Shown: piece by piece, positions 11,079 through 23,835 of the stretch
Layout: every line of letters starts with the position of its first letter
How positions within the stretch are numbered: the stretch's first letter is position 1
Assembly (NCBI RefSeq): GCF_006345805.1
Contig: NC_043009.1
Coordinates: forward strand, 23,126,001 to 23,190,000
Direction of reading: 5' to 3'
DNA: 64,000 nt
Source: Octopus sinensis
Taxonomy: Eukaryota
The notes under the pieces: model-generated
Databases searched by the model: none
What the model was told of the DNA's origin: nothing
The model's input: only the letters and a program-made list of their open reading frames with translations
Made by a program: the position numbers and the translations under genes

Positions 11079-12795
11079 GGATCTTTTCAAATTTGTGGCC
11101 AGGACCCCAGATCTTTCTAGTTAACTAAATAATTTGAAACTTTGTGTACTCATAGAGTGGAACTAGTTTATCGCCAGTTGGAACTAGTTTATTTGAGAAA
11201 AATCTATTTTATGACTTAATCGTAATTAAAACTGCGAATTTTAACAATGAGATTGCTTGTTTTCATATCTAAAACGTTACTGCGATCTGTTAGTGTGACG
11301 TTGAAAGCAGTTTTGTGACGTAGTTGAAGACGGGTTATAAGATTTTTTGTTTCTATAGACACACACACGTATATACATATATACCTTAAATACTTGGCTG
11401 CTATTCTAAAAAGCTTGTGTGTGGTAAAGTAATTTTTTGACTTTACCATATTTTTATAAATATATCGGAGAATCCATATTTTTATAACATATATCGGAGA
11501 ATCCATGTGATTTTTCGTTGTTTTTCTCTTATACGTATGTGAATTATTTCTTGAGTATGCATTGTCTGAGAGACTTTTCTTGCAGTTGAGAAAAACAGCC
11601 AAATTTTTGGCTGCTATTTCTAAAAAGCTCGGTGTGTGGTTAAGCTTAAGCAATTTTTTTACTTTACCATATTTTATAAATAATATATATATAATATAAT
11701 TTTTTACTCGGTGTATGTGTATATGTATGTCTGCATGTGTGTGTGTATGTATGTGTGTGTGTGTGTGTGTGGTGGTGGGTGTGGTGGTGGTGTGGTGTGT
11801 GTGTGTGATGATAGGCAAAATCGACCTCGGCGGAATTTGAACTCAGAACGTAACGGCAGACGAAATACGGCTACGCATTTCGCCCGGCGTGCTAACGTTT
11901 CTGCCAGCTCTTTGCTTTTTTAATATTACATTTCGGCGAAGTTTCGCTTGTCGTAGCACAAGTTTTCCGTCGATTTCCGTAAAAAACTTTTATTTTTTAC
12001 ATAAGTAATGAGAGCGAAAGAGACTAAGAGGAAGCGATTTTATGACGAGGGAAGTTTGTCTTTGAAGTTACCGTCTAGGGGAAGCATTGATGTACATTGT
12101 GTGTGTGTGTGTGTTTTAATGGATGGGGTGGGAGACAGTATGTTGTGTAAGTGAAGTGCTTCTGTTAGTGTGTGTGAAGAGACAGAGAGAGTAATGTGTG
12201 AAAGAGAGAGATAACTGACTGAAATTTTACTCGTTGTATGTGTATATGTATGTCTGCATGTATGTGTGTGTGTGTGTATGTATCTATGTATGTATGGCGA
12301 TTCATCGTAATTACGATGAATCGGCCATACATACATACACACACACACATAGATACACACACACACACCACACACATACTTACACATACATACACACACA
12401 CATACAGCAGACATACAGAATGGAAAAACATTTCAATTTAATACAGGTGGTTATAACTAGTTTTAAATATTGTTATTAGAAGGTGGCTGATATAGGATCC
12501 TGGAAACATGAGTACGTTAAAATTAGAAGGGGATGCGCTTGTTTACATTTAAGATGTTTAATACGTCACGAAATTGGGGGTCGAGACGGAGTAAATAAAA
12601 AAAGCCGAATGACGGAATATCATTGGTTAAAATTCTAATTATTAAACAACGTTAAACTTAGAAGTTACAATTCCGTTTTCATTCTGGTTTACAATTAAGT
12701 TTACTTTTGACACATTCTACCAGTATACGAAGTTTCAAATTGTTTGGTTCAGTAGGAAAAATTTGAAAAAACTGGCTTCAGAACAGAAAAGATCC
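11079..12795. mobile_element. Non-autonomous DNA transposon, GG...CC ends, 8-bp TSD (Merlin- or Mutator-like)
   Basis: Imperfect TIRs of about 80 bp starting GGATCTTTTC / ending GAAAAGATCC, both containing AATTTGAAACTT; direct repeat AAAGAATA at 11071-11078 and 12796-12803. Confidence 0.65.
11810..11912 (-). mobile_element. SINE family A, 5' part only
   Basis: Head to TCGACCTCGGCGG, reverse complement. Confidence 0.8.
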
Positions 12796-12815
12796 AAAGA
12801 ATATATATATTATAT

Positions 12816-13154
12816 GAAGACGCATGGCTCAGTGGTTAGCGCGTCGGGCTCACAATCATGAGATAGTGAGTTCGATACCTGAACTAGGCTGTGTGTTGTG
12901 TTCTTGAGCAAGACACTTTATTTCACATTGCTCCAGTTCAGCTGTGGAAATGAGTTGCAACGTCACTGGTGCCAAGCTGTGCTGGCCTTTGCCTTTCTCT
13001 TGGATGACATCAGTTGCATGGAAAGTGGAGGCTGATATGCATTGGCGGCTGCAGGCTTTCCATAAACAATCTTGCCCGAACTTGTACCTCGGAGGGGGAC
13101 TTTCCAGGAGCAATCCCATGGTCATTTATGACCGAAGTGGGGTCTTTACTCTTT
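12816..13154 (+). mobile_element. tRNA-derived CORE-like SINE (family C)
   Basis: A box TGGCTCAGTGG, B box GTTCGATACC, CORE-like GTTCTTGAGCAAGACACTTTATTTCAC. Confidence 0.8.
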
Positions 13155-13207
13155 ATATATATTATAAATTATATATACAAATATTCATACATATACATAT
13201 ATATACA

Positions 13208-13405
13208 TAAGTAGCTTGCTTACCAACCACATGGTTCCGGGTTCAGTCTCACTGCGTGGCACTTTGGGCAAGTGTCTTCTACTATAGCCTCGGGCCGACC
13301 AAAGCCCTGTGAGTGGACGGAAACTGAAAGAAACTCGTCGGATATATATATATATATCTATATATATATATATATATATATATACATGCATACATACATA
13401 CATGC

Positions 13406-13438
<33 letters not shown>

Positions 13439-13680
13439 CATATATATATATATATAAATGTGTGTGTGTATGTTTGTGTGTCTGTGTTTGTGCCCCCAAC
13501 ATCGCTTGACAACCGATGTTGGTGTGTTTACGTCCCCTTTAATAGGCGGTTCGGCAAAAGACACCGATAGAATAAGTACTAGGCTTACAAAGAATAAGTC
13601 CTGGGATTGATTTGCTCGACTAAAGGCGGTGCTCCAGCATGGCCACAGTCAAATGATTGAAACAAGTAAAAGAGAAAGAG
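13208..13680 (+). mobile_element. SINE family B, near full length
   Basis: Matches 23836-24250 including the internal (TA)n(TG)n. Confidence 0.9.
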
Positions 13681-13717
13681 TATACACACATGTGTATGTA
13701 GGTATATGTTAGTATGC

Positions 13718-13784
<67 letters not shown>

Positions 13785-13917
13785 GTATGTCTGTCTGTCT
13801 TGTCTGTCGTGTCTGTCGTCTGTATGTCTGTCTGTCTGTCTATTATCTATCTATCCATCCATCCATCCATCTATCTATCTATCTATCTATCTATCATTAT
13901 CTATCTATCTATCTACT

Positions 13918-13950
<33 letters not shown>

Positions 13951-14456
13951 ACACACATATGCAAGGTGTCCCATATGTAGACAGTGAATTAGGGTTTAAG
14001 TGCTACTTTACTGATGAGACAAATGGTACGTACAATGTGTATATATGTGTATATGATTATGTACGTGATCGATGAAATAAGTTTCATATTTGTATGCCGA
14101 AGAGCACACATATTTGTTCTTCACATGAAGAATGCTTAAGAATTGCAAGTAGTCTTCTCTAGTTCTGAACTCATGCCAATAAGGTTTCCAACACATCATC
14201 GTTTTCTTAACCTTCTTGAAATTTCTCCTCTCGTTCGCTTTCTCTTTCTTTTTTCTGTCTCTTCCCTCTCTTATCGTCTTACTCTCTTTGTGTGCGTCTC
14301 TCTCCAGACAAAAGTGTATATATATATATATATAGATATTATATATATATATTATATATATATATTATATATATATATATATATGTTATTGTATATATAT
14401 GTATATATGAGAACACAGCAATCAAGTTGTTGATGCTCTCGTGGTAAATACTATTA

Positions 14457-14487
<31 letters not shown>

Positions 14488-14769
14488 CGTGTACATATGT
14501 ATATAATTATTTCTCAAAATACATCAGGAATGAATTTGCAAGCAAGAATCTGTGAGAGTGCACAACGGAGTAGGTTCCGTGCCATATAACTTGACATATG
14601 TAGAGTGTATAGAAAAAGCATATATACCCCACGAAATCCTTCTATTATTCTGTTAACCCTTTGATTGTATAAATTACATGATCATTCACACACACAAACA
14701 CAACCCCCCCCAACTTATATTTTCTGCTTCTAAGGTGGCAAGCAGGTAGAATCGTCAGCGCGCCGGAAA

Positions 14770-16519
14770 GCGAATTTTTTTTTCTCACGAGAGTTCCGGT
14801 CCCCAGTAATGAACTCATTTGCATACATCCAATCAGAGCTTACCTTGACCTTGTTGTCAAGCTAACAAACACACTCTACCAAGTAAACTCAAGACGAAGA
14901 ACGCTGTTGTGAGCCGACCGGCCGCCAAGTTATGCCTGATTTTAGAAAGAGGCAAGTAATTATGTTTCTTTATTAGCCACACAGGGCTGCACACAGATAG
15001 AACAAATTACAAGGTAGAGCTTTTCTTTTGAAGGTTAAAAAAAAAAAAAGGAAGGGGGGAGTTTCGATCAAAAGGGATCGTAAAAGGAGAGAAAGAGGAC
15101 AAAAAAAGAAGGGGTTAAAAAAAAAGGGGGGAGAGGAAAAAAAAATTGATCAATAGGGATCGTTATCACAGAAATGTCAATATGAAGTGTAAAGGGGAGG
15201 ACAGGTGAGTTTACCCGTGGAAAGAAAAGCCTACGGAAAAGACCACGGTAACCCGGTCAATGGAGTCACATGTTATATTCTTTTTTTTTTGCAAATAAGC
15301 AACTCTCTGTTTTCAATTTCGGTTCATAGGATTATGCTCAAGGTGGGTTCGTCATTCATACGTGCCATTCTTGCTACATTCACCCATCTTTTTTTAAAAC
15401 ATTCGCTAGACAAAACTTGCCTCTCTACTCTCACTTTCCTTTTCAAGTGGTACTTGAAGAAGTTGATGAGAGATTGACCAGAGAGGAAAATGTTTGTCTC
15501 CAATCCTTTCAGACGCGTCCACCAGATACATTCTTTCGCCATAGCCACAAGGATGATGAAAATAGCTCTTCCTTCCCGTTTGAAGGAAGGAGGCGTGACA
15601 ATATTGACGATAGACTCAGCTGATAAACCGACTCGTCCCACACGTGACAGCAGTGTTCGACATAAGCCCACAGGTCCGAAATTGTTGGACACTGCACGAG
15701 TGCGTGCAGAACGGTTTCGTCGCTCTGACCGCATCTCGGGCAGGTCGGCCCCGTGTTTCTCGAGCCGTGTCTGTAGAGCTTATCCCGAACGGGTAGCGCT
15801 TCTCGGTAGCACTGCCAGGCCAGGGATCTCTGGAAGTTGTCCATGGGCCCTGGCCCGAAAGTCGTCCTTGACAGGCGGGTCAGGTACTCCTCGTCGACGT
15901 CCAGGTTCGCCCCGAGCTCGTCGTCGTACCTCCCCTCCACTAATCCCCTATAGAATGCTTTGGTTGTGTTGAAGTCACTCAAGGTCGACCCAGGACGGCA
16001 GAGTTGCTTGAGAGCAACGCGACACTCGCGGTGCCATTCGCCCTTCCTCGGCCTCTTTTTGATCCACGACTGCAGTTCGGTCATGGAGACGAGCTGCGGG
16101 AAAGCGTGCCTCACAAACGGCGACCACACCTGTTCATCGTCGTCTACATAGAGCCAGAGATGTCGCAGTCTCAGCGCGTGTCTGCGCATCATCAACCACG
16201 GCATGCCCAGCCCTCCTTTTAACGGGAGGCAAGTAATTAGATAGATTTGCATCTATTATCGGATATTGTTAGGGTCCTTATGGTAACGGTGTGAATGGGA
16301 AAAATGTGGGTAAAGGGTGATGTGCTAGCAACCCTCTCCTCTTACTGCTATACAAAGTAAACAACACAAATAACAACACGTATTCTTAAAAGAGAAAAGA
16401 AGCATGGTCATTCCTTACTCAAGTGACATTATCTTATTGCCACTAGTTGAGCTCTGATTGGCTGTATACAAATGAGTTCATAACTGGGGTCCGGAACTTT
16501 CGTGGGGAAATAAATTCGC
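14770..16519. mobile_element. Mutator-like MITE (about 470 bp without the nested LINE)
   Basis: TIRs of about 70 bp, 14770-14840 and 16450-16519 (GCGAATT...GTTCCGG.CCCCAGT.ATGAACTCATTTG.ATACA.CCAATCAGAGCT); imperfect 9-bp flanks CGCCGGAAA / CGCCTGGAA. Confidence 0.7.
14963..16225 (-). mobile_element. 5'-truncated Tx1/L1-clade LINE (ORF2 C-terminus and 3' UTR) with 14-bp TSD
   Basis: Encodes KGGLG...NFQRSLAWQCYREALPVRDKL...CPRCGQSDETVLHALVQC (zinc-binding C-terminal region of L1/Tx1 ORF2); one frameshift near 15660; stop at 15324; TSD GAGGCAAGTAATTA at 14949-14962 and 16226-16239. Confidence 0.9.
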
Positions 16520-17097
16520 CGCCTGGAATTGTGCTTTGTAGGATTTCGTCTTCGGGTTTACGTTCTTAGTTGAGATCCCATCGCGATCTACTTTGCCTTT
16601 CATCCTTTCAATAAGTACCACTTGAGTACTGAGATCGATGTAATCGATTTACCATCTCACCCACCCCTCTCGAAATTGCTGACGTTGTGCCAAAACTTGA
16701 AACCGATATTTTCTTGCTTCTGCCGTACTCTTTCAATATTTCCGGCAGAAGGTACGGTTTTCATATCCACCACTAGAATGATGAAATGTGTGAAAAAAAT
16801 TAGAGAAATCTGAAAAACTGTCTTTGGTAAAAGGTGTCACTGGGTTGGGTTGGGGGTGGCGTCTCTCACTGCCTAAGGAGGGGTTCTTTCAAAATAGTGT
16901 ATTTCTCTGTGTATGCGACTAAACCGTACATGAGATTAAATCGTGTACGTGACCATGTTATCATGCATACATCGCTGTTGGAATTGCAACGGACGTTTAA
17001 GGACAGCATTGCTGATAGATTGCTTATCTTCCAACGATTTAATCGTTGGAAGACCACTGCAAACTTACCTTCCTTACGTTTTATATTCCCAATATCT

Positions 17098-17520
17098 AAG
17101 GCGGCGAGCTGGCAGGAACGTTAGCACGGCGGGCGAAATGCTTAACGGTATTTCGTCTGCCGTTACGTTCTGAGTTCAAATTCCGCCGAGGTCTACTTTG
17201 CCTTTCATCCTTTCGGGGTCGATTAAATAAGTAGCAGTTATGCAGTGGGGTCGATATAATCGACTTAATCCGTTTGTCTGTCCTTGTTTGTCCTCTCTGT
17301 GTTTAGCCCCTTGTGGGTAGTAAAGAAATAGGTATTTCGTCTGTCTGTCTGTACGTTCTGAGTTCAAATTCCGCCGAGGTCGACTTTGCCTTTCATCCTT
17401 TCGGGGCGATTAAATAAGTACCAGTTACGCATTGGGGTTGATGTAATCGACTTAATCCGTTTGTCTGTCCTTTTTTGTCCCCTCTATCTATATTTAGTCA
17501 CCTGTGGGCAATAAAGAAAT
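17098..17520 (+). mobile_element. SINE family A dimer (A1 + partial A1)
   Basis: Junction AAAGAAATA|GGTATTTCGTCTG at 17330/17331; second unit ends GGGCAATAAAGAAAT. Confidence 0.9.
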
Positions 17521-17614
17521 ATTTATATATATATATATATATTGTGTGTGTTTGTGTCTTTGTGTGTGTATGTATATATTCCGCTCGACCCACAATGTGA
17601 TGCAGGAAAGGGGG

Positions 17615-17663
<49 letters not shown>

Positions 17664-17670
<7 letters not shown>

Positions 17671-18443
17671 GTTTTATATATAAGAACGTGAAATACAGGA
17701 AGGGACAAACACGGAACACAGACAAATCATTCGAAGCCTTCAATCTTCAGTCAGACACCGAATCATCATAGCAAATTTCGGCTGTTCAATTCTGATATTT
17801 GCTCCAACTCGGCCAGCCCCAAGAAAAAAAACTAAGCTGTAAGCATTATATTTCTTGGTAGAAGACAAGAATATAAACGCACGAGACGGATGTAAATACG
17901 AGAGACGAAAACGAAATTGAAAACGGTAACGGTTAAACAAAATATAATATAACGGTGGTTGTCATACGACTTTAGACCAAATGAGACAAAACAACAAACA
18001 TAGCAGCAGGCGTAGAAATAATTACCTTTTCGGTAGTGGAGACAAATACAGATGTTGGCGAGATACGATCGCCAACGAAATAGTGGAGAAGCAGCAGGTT
18101 GCAGGGGAGAGAGAGGGAATCAAAGAGGGTGGAAGGCAGGGGACAGAATCAGTCAGAGACCGAGAGAAAAAGAGAGAGAAGGGATTGAGGAGGATGGGAG
18201 GAAGAGGGGGGAAGAAAAAAAGGGCGCCAAAATAGTTTGGTCAAGAAGCAATGGCGGGTAGGAAAGAGAAGCATATAGAAGTCGTGCAGGGTTTAAAATT
18301 GGATAAACAAACGGGGGGGGGGCACGTAACGCCGCGGTAATATAAGAATAAATGTTTTATATATAAAGAACGTGAAATACAGGAAGGGACAAACACGGAA
18401 CACAGACAAATCATTCGAAGCCTTCAATCTTCAGTGAGACACC

Positions 18444-18447
<4 letters not shown>
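17664..18447. repeat. Local direct repeat of about 100 bp (17664-17763 and 18347-18447) next to (TA)n
   Basis: ATAAATGTTTTATAT...CATTCGAAGCCTTCAATCTTCAGT.AGACACCGAAT occurs twice. Confidence 0.85.
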
Positions 18448-18480
<33 letters not shown>

Positions 18481-18640
18481 GTGCTCAATACATAAATTAG
18501 AGTACTTATATTAATTCATTAAAGCTGGAACTCTAGATCAGTGACTCAAGGACTGGGTGTTTCGTGCAATTTAATAGGTACATCTTCACGAAATTGTCGA
18601 CTCTTGAGCGGCATGTATACATCATACGTATGCGTAGTGA

Positions 18641-19735
18641 TATATATATATAAACTGTACTGGGAGAAGAAGAAGAAACGAAACGAAACGGAACGAATCG
18701 AATCGAATCGACGCGAAGGCGCTCAGTCATACAATAGTGTAATAAATAAAATATATGCATACATACATACATACATACATTTATTTACGTACCTACATCT
18801 ACATGTATATATACATGCATATATAAATATATATACATGAGTACAGGACACCACAAATAGACGCAGAACTCAACGAGAACGAAAACGTAAAAACAAGCAT
18901 GGAACGAACCTTTTTTTTACAAAGAAAAAACAGAGTACTAGACAAACTACACAAGGAAAAATCCCCTTCATCAGCTGTCTCTAGTTCAACTCCAGCGTGT
19001 TTCGAAGGTGAAGACAGAATACGACTCCTCGAACTAGCCCTTCCTGCGAAGAAATTAAAGGAAATTATTTCGCAGAGGGGTAAAAACAAGGAAAGAACAA
19101 CATGTGACATAAACAGGACGTAAAAACGATACAAATAAAATTACAAAATAAAATACAAAATAAAATACAAAATAAAATACAATTACAAAAAAAATACATA
19201 CAAGAAATAAAAACACACAAAAAACAACCAAAGAGGGCCTTTTTTGCCTAGACGAGGAGAGATTCAAGGAGCGCAAGAAAACCGTGTGTTTACAGTTAGA
19301 AGGCCGCATGCAAAAGGAAGTATTTGGCCAGCTGTGAGAGAGATGAGGAGGAGTGAGAGAGAGAGATAGAGGAAGACAAACGGCTGTGAGAGAGATGAGG
19401 AGGGGTGAGAGAGAGAGAAAGGGAGAGAAGGGAAGGTTAAGCAAAGAGGTATAGGGTTTCGCGTCATAATTATATATAAAAACTGTACTGGGAGAAGAAG
19501 AAACGAAACGAAACGGAACGAATCGAATCGAATCGACGCGAAGGTGCTCAGTCATACAATAGTGTAATAAATAAAATATATACATACATACATATATGTA
19601 CATACCTACATCTACATGTATATATACATGCATATATAAATATATATACGTGAGTACAGGACACCACAAATAGACGCAGAACTCAACGAGAACGAAAATG
19701 TAAAAACAAACATGGAACAAACCTTTTTTTTACAA
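18641..19735. repeat. Direct repeats of about 280 bp (18641-18930 and 19471-19735) around a spacer of about 540 bp
   Basis: Near-identical blocks AAACTGTACTGGGAGAAGAAG...CATGGAAC.AACCTTTTTTTTACAAA. Confidence 0.85.
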
Positions 19736-19991
19736 AACCTGTTTTTTTACAAAACAGAAAAATTTGTCAACAACTAGCCAGGAATACGAACTCGTATCTC
19801 TTAAATTTTCCCGCATTGTATGGATTAATTACCCAGTGTTTCTGCTGTTCTAACGACGTCTTTGCGTTCGAAAATAGATTATCTTATTTGTATTTATATA
19901 GACATTTCGGCGTTTATAAAAACAAATGTTGGCTTGTTTATAGATGTATATATATATGCATGTATGTATAAGCCCGTGAGTAAATGTGTGT

Positions 19992-20044
<53 letters not shown>

Positions 20045-20881
20045 AGCCTGTGAGTGTATGAATGTTTGTGTGTGTGTTTAAGCATAAGGTTGGCTATATA
20101 TGTGCGACGTTGTGTATGAGAGTGAGCCTATACTTTTTAATTTTTGTATATGTATGCATGCATGTATGTACATAGTGTATATACGAGTATGTATGTATGT
20201 GTGTGTGTATGCTTGTATGTATGCTTGTATGTACATAATGTCTTATTTTAAGGCCGGAAGAAGATACCAAGCATTTAGCAAATAAATATTTTGATGAACG
20301 GGTGCCATCACATAAGTTAGACACACTCACGCCTCAACACGGTGCGTAAAATATTCTACACGCCCCTTTATTTATATACATCATACGCCACTTAGTGTAC
20401 ATTTTATTATTATTATTGAGTGAGAGTGCAGCGCATGGCATCAAAGTGACACTGGATTACAAATATATGCAGCCCAGTATACCTATCATGACTACCCGTT
20501 TGACAAGTGTGCACTAGGCACATAGATCACAACAGTATATGCGTGACATAGTAATCTCATATCAAGATAAACAGCGCATGACCTTGCAAGTGGGGCCCAG
20601 TTAGAATTTTCTTCTGGTCAAGTAGCCCACCCCGCTCAAAAGGTCTCTGAATAAGGCTTGTTTAAGGATGATGAACGAAACACCCATGTTTCCAGAGGTG
20701 AATTATTCAAACTCCAAAGATTTTCTCGTGATCAGAGAAACCCATATCGTCGGCCACCAAGGTCAAACAACTGACAAGCAAATCTGTGGTATTGAGCAGA
20801 ATATTTGCTGTAGCCCATCTTTTACACCAGGACAAAACATATACATGATAACACATCCAATCGGTTAAGATCAGATGCCAT

Positions 20882-21050
20882 GAGAGCTGGCAGAATAGTT
20901 AGCGCGTTGGACGAAATGCTTAGCGGTATTTCGCCCGTCGCAACGTTCTGAGTTCAAATTTCGCCCAGGTCGAACTTAGAACGTAAAGGCGGACGAAATG
21001 CCTAGCAGCATTTCGCCCGGCGTGCTTACCATTCAGCCAGCTCGCCGCCT
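20882..21050. mobile_element. Two truncated SINE A heads in inverted orientation
   Basis: + head 20882-20975 abuts - head 20975-21050. Confidence 0.75.
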
Positions 21051-21096
21051 TATAATAGTAATAATAATAATAATAGTAGTAGTAGTAGTAGTAGTA

Positions 21097-21164
<68 letters not shown>

Positions 21165-21184
21165 TATTATTATTATTATTATTA

Positions 21185-22005
21185 ATTCTTTTTATTGGCC
21201 ACAAGGGCTGACACACATGATTAGTAAACATAAAGGAACAAAACAAGACGAAAGGTTACAAAGGGTTTTGTTCGTTTTTGAAAAACTCCGAGTAAAAACT
21301 GTTTAACAACGAAAGATTGTAACAATGAAAAACTCCCAATAGGGGGAGGCGCTTCGAAAGGTTCCTGGTGGAAAAAACCCCATAAAAGCCAACGGGAGCC
21401 TGGTCAATCACAGGCGAAACTTGAGAATTGGTCCATTTATACTGGCCATTCTCGCACAATTCACCCATCTTTCAGAAAACTTGCTATCGGACAGCACTCT
21501 CCTCTCTAACCCCATCTTCCTTTTCAAGTGAAACTTGAAAAAGTTGATGAGGCCTTGACCAAAGAGGAAAGTGTCTGACTTTAGCCCTTTCAAACGGGTC
21601 CACCATACAATCTCTTTCGCCACAGCCACTAGGTTTGTTAAAGGAGGTCGGCGGGGCAATCTTCACTATGGATTCGGCTGATAGCCGGATCCGTCCTATA
21701 CGCGACAGTAGCTGTTCCACATAAACCCATAGTTCAGCAATACACGGGCACTGGACGAGTGCGTGCAGAACGGTTTCGTCGTCCTGGCAACACCTCGGGC
21801 AGGCCCGGCTGACGGCACTTCCGTGCCGGTAGAGTTTATCCCGAACAGGCAGAGCTCCTCGGTAGCACTGCCAGGCGAGCGACCTCTGGAAATTATCCAT
21901 TGGCCCCAGCCCGAAAGTCCTCCCGAACAGACCGTTCAGTTCGTTATCATTAACGCCTAGAGTTTCCCCGAGAACGTCGTCGCATTTTCCTCCACTAACC
22001 CTTAA
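21185..22005 (-). mobile_element. Second 5'-truncated Tx1/L1-like LINE, related subfamily, inside an (ATT)n tract
   Basis: Encodes MDNFQRSLAWQCYRGALPVRDKLYRHG...CPRCCQDDETVLHALVQC, homologous to 14963-16225; 3' end CAGCCCTTGTGGCCAATAAAAGAA; trinucleotide tracts on both sides. Confidence 0.9.
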
Positions 22006-22100
22006 TAATAATAATAATAATATAATGATAATAATAATAATAATAATAATAATAATATAATAATAATAATAATATAATAATAATAAAAAAATAAATATAA

Positions 22101-22170
<70 letters not shown>

Positions 22171-22189
22171 TATAATAATAATATAATAA

Positions 22190-22385
22190 CGATTTCAAAT
22201 TTTGCCACAAAGGTAACAATTTTGGGAAAGGGGATGAGTCGATTACATCGACCCCAGTGTTTCACTGGTACTTAATTTATCGACCCCAAAATGATGAAAG
22301 GCAAAGTCGATCACGGTGGAATTTGAAATCATGCCACTAAGCATTTTACTCTGGTGCAGTAACGATTTCACCAGTTCGTCGTCTT
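22190..22385 (-). mobile_element. SINE A3 copy
   Basis: Tail TTTGTGGCAAAATTTGAAATC followed by (ATT)n on the element strand. Confidence 0.75.
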
Positions 22386-22956
22386 GGTTAGGGTTATTAA
22401 TGACCGGTAAGGGTTGAATTGATGGGTTACAGTAGTGCCGATGATTGTGGGATGAGGTGGATGATTGTTGATTTAGAACTGGTTATGATGAACAAAGATA
22501 AGTCAATGGATCTCCGTCGGTTTCGACGACGAGGTAAATTAGCCTGTTAATGGCTGAGTATTCCACAGACATGTGTACTCTTAACTTAATCCTTAAACGG
22601 AATCAGTGTGGTTTGACGCAAAGAGTTACATGATTAGACCTTTGAATTACGGATACAATACATCCGAAAGGCTCCGATCAGTTTCCGCGTGTCCGGTTTT
22701 CCTCGCTAGGCTTGGATCTTACTCGATGAATGACACATTACCAGAATGCCAAGCAATGGGCTGGATGTATACATATGTGTATATATATATGTACATATAT
22801 ATATATACATATACACACATATTTACATATATAAATGTATGCATATATATATATATATATAAGGTTAATCCAAACGGGAAAACAGAAAAAACAACAACAC
22901 GTGGAACAATTACAGTATTATTATTATTAGGCGCTCAGGAAAATGGAAGAAGGAGG

Positions 22957-22991
22957 GTATGACGTTTCGAGCGGAGCTCTTCGTCGGAAAC
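22957..22991 (-). ncRNA. Minimal hammerhead motif (U4C) with GUC triplet
   Basis: GTTT-CCGACGA-A-GAGC-TCC-GCTC-GAAAC-GTC; in a TA-terminated element at 22860-23000. Confidence 0.55.
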
Positions 22992-23835
22992 ATAGGAGAA
23001 AGAAAGATCCCGAGACGGGAGGACAGAGGAAAAAAATTGCAGGTAGTCTTCACGAGATCACATACTGAAAAGACGGAAGTAGTAAAAAAAGGAGGAAATG
23101 TTTTTTAAAAACAGGAGAGGGGAATCAAGAGGGAATGGTAAAAAAGGTGTACGAGAAAACGAGGGTGTTGTAGGTGTGTGTGTGCGTGTGTGCGTGTGTG
23201 TGTAGTGTGTGTATGGTGGACAGTAGCTAGTAGCAGGCAGTAGTAGAATTAAAGGAGTGTGTGGGGGTACCCTAGCAAGTCAGAAAGGCAGATCAGAACA
23301 GGGAGGTATGTGTGTGTGCGTGTGTATGTATGTGTAGTGGTGTGCGTGCGGCTGTGTGTGTATGTGTGTGTGAGGCGAGATAAAAAACAAAAAATATGTA
23401 TATGTGGTAGTGCGTGCAGGGCGAACAGATGACGTAGCAAGTCGACGTGAGTGGGTCGAAGTGGTAAAAAAAAGGTGAGGAAGGAGGGAAGAAGGAAGGA
23501 GGGAAAGGGTGGGGGCGTATGTAACGTGTCAGTGTGTTGTTAGAGTGGTAGTGTGTCCAGTGTGCGTAGTTGTGTGTATGGCAAGTAAATTTGAAGTGTG
23601 TGTAAGTGTAATGTATATATATATGCAAATGTGTGTGTGTGCGTGTGTGTACAAAGAGGGGGGGGTTAAGGAGAAAAAAAACTGTAGTGGAGGGGGGGGG
23701 AGGGGAAGATGGAAGAGTGGTCCCGCGGCGACAGGCGTGGGAGAAATGTATAACTGTCTATTTATCAATCTATCTGTCTGTCTACCAGTCTCTCTCTGCC
23801 CTTCTCTCTGTATATATAGATATATATATATATAT

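Larger units (their letters stand above)
14731..16704 (+). mobile_element. SINE A3 split by nested insertions (head 14731-14769, remainder 16520-16704)
   Basis: Head TAAGGTGGCAAGCAGGTAGAATCGTCAGC resumes at 16520 and ends in TTGTGCCAAAACTTGAAACC. Confidence 0.7.

Noticed and set aside
20405-20880. Non-simple segment with an (AAT)n tail on the minus strand, possibly a retroelement 3' end
   Set aside because: Single copy in the window with no diagnostic motif; left unclassified.
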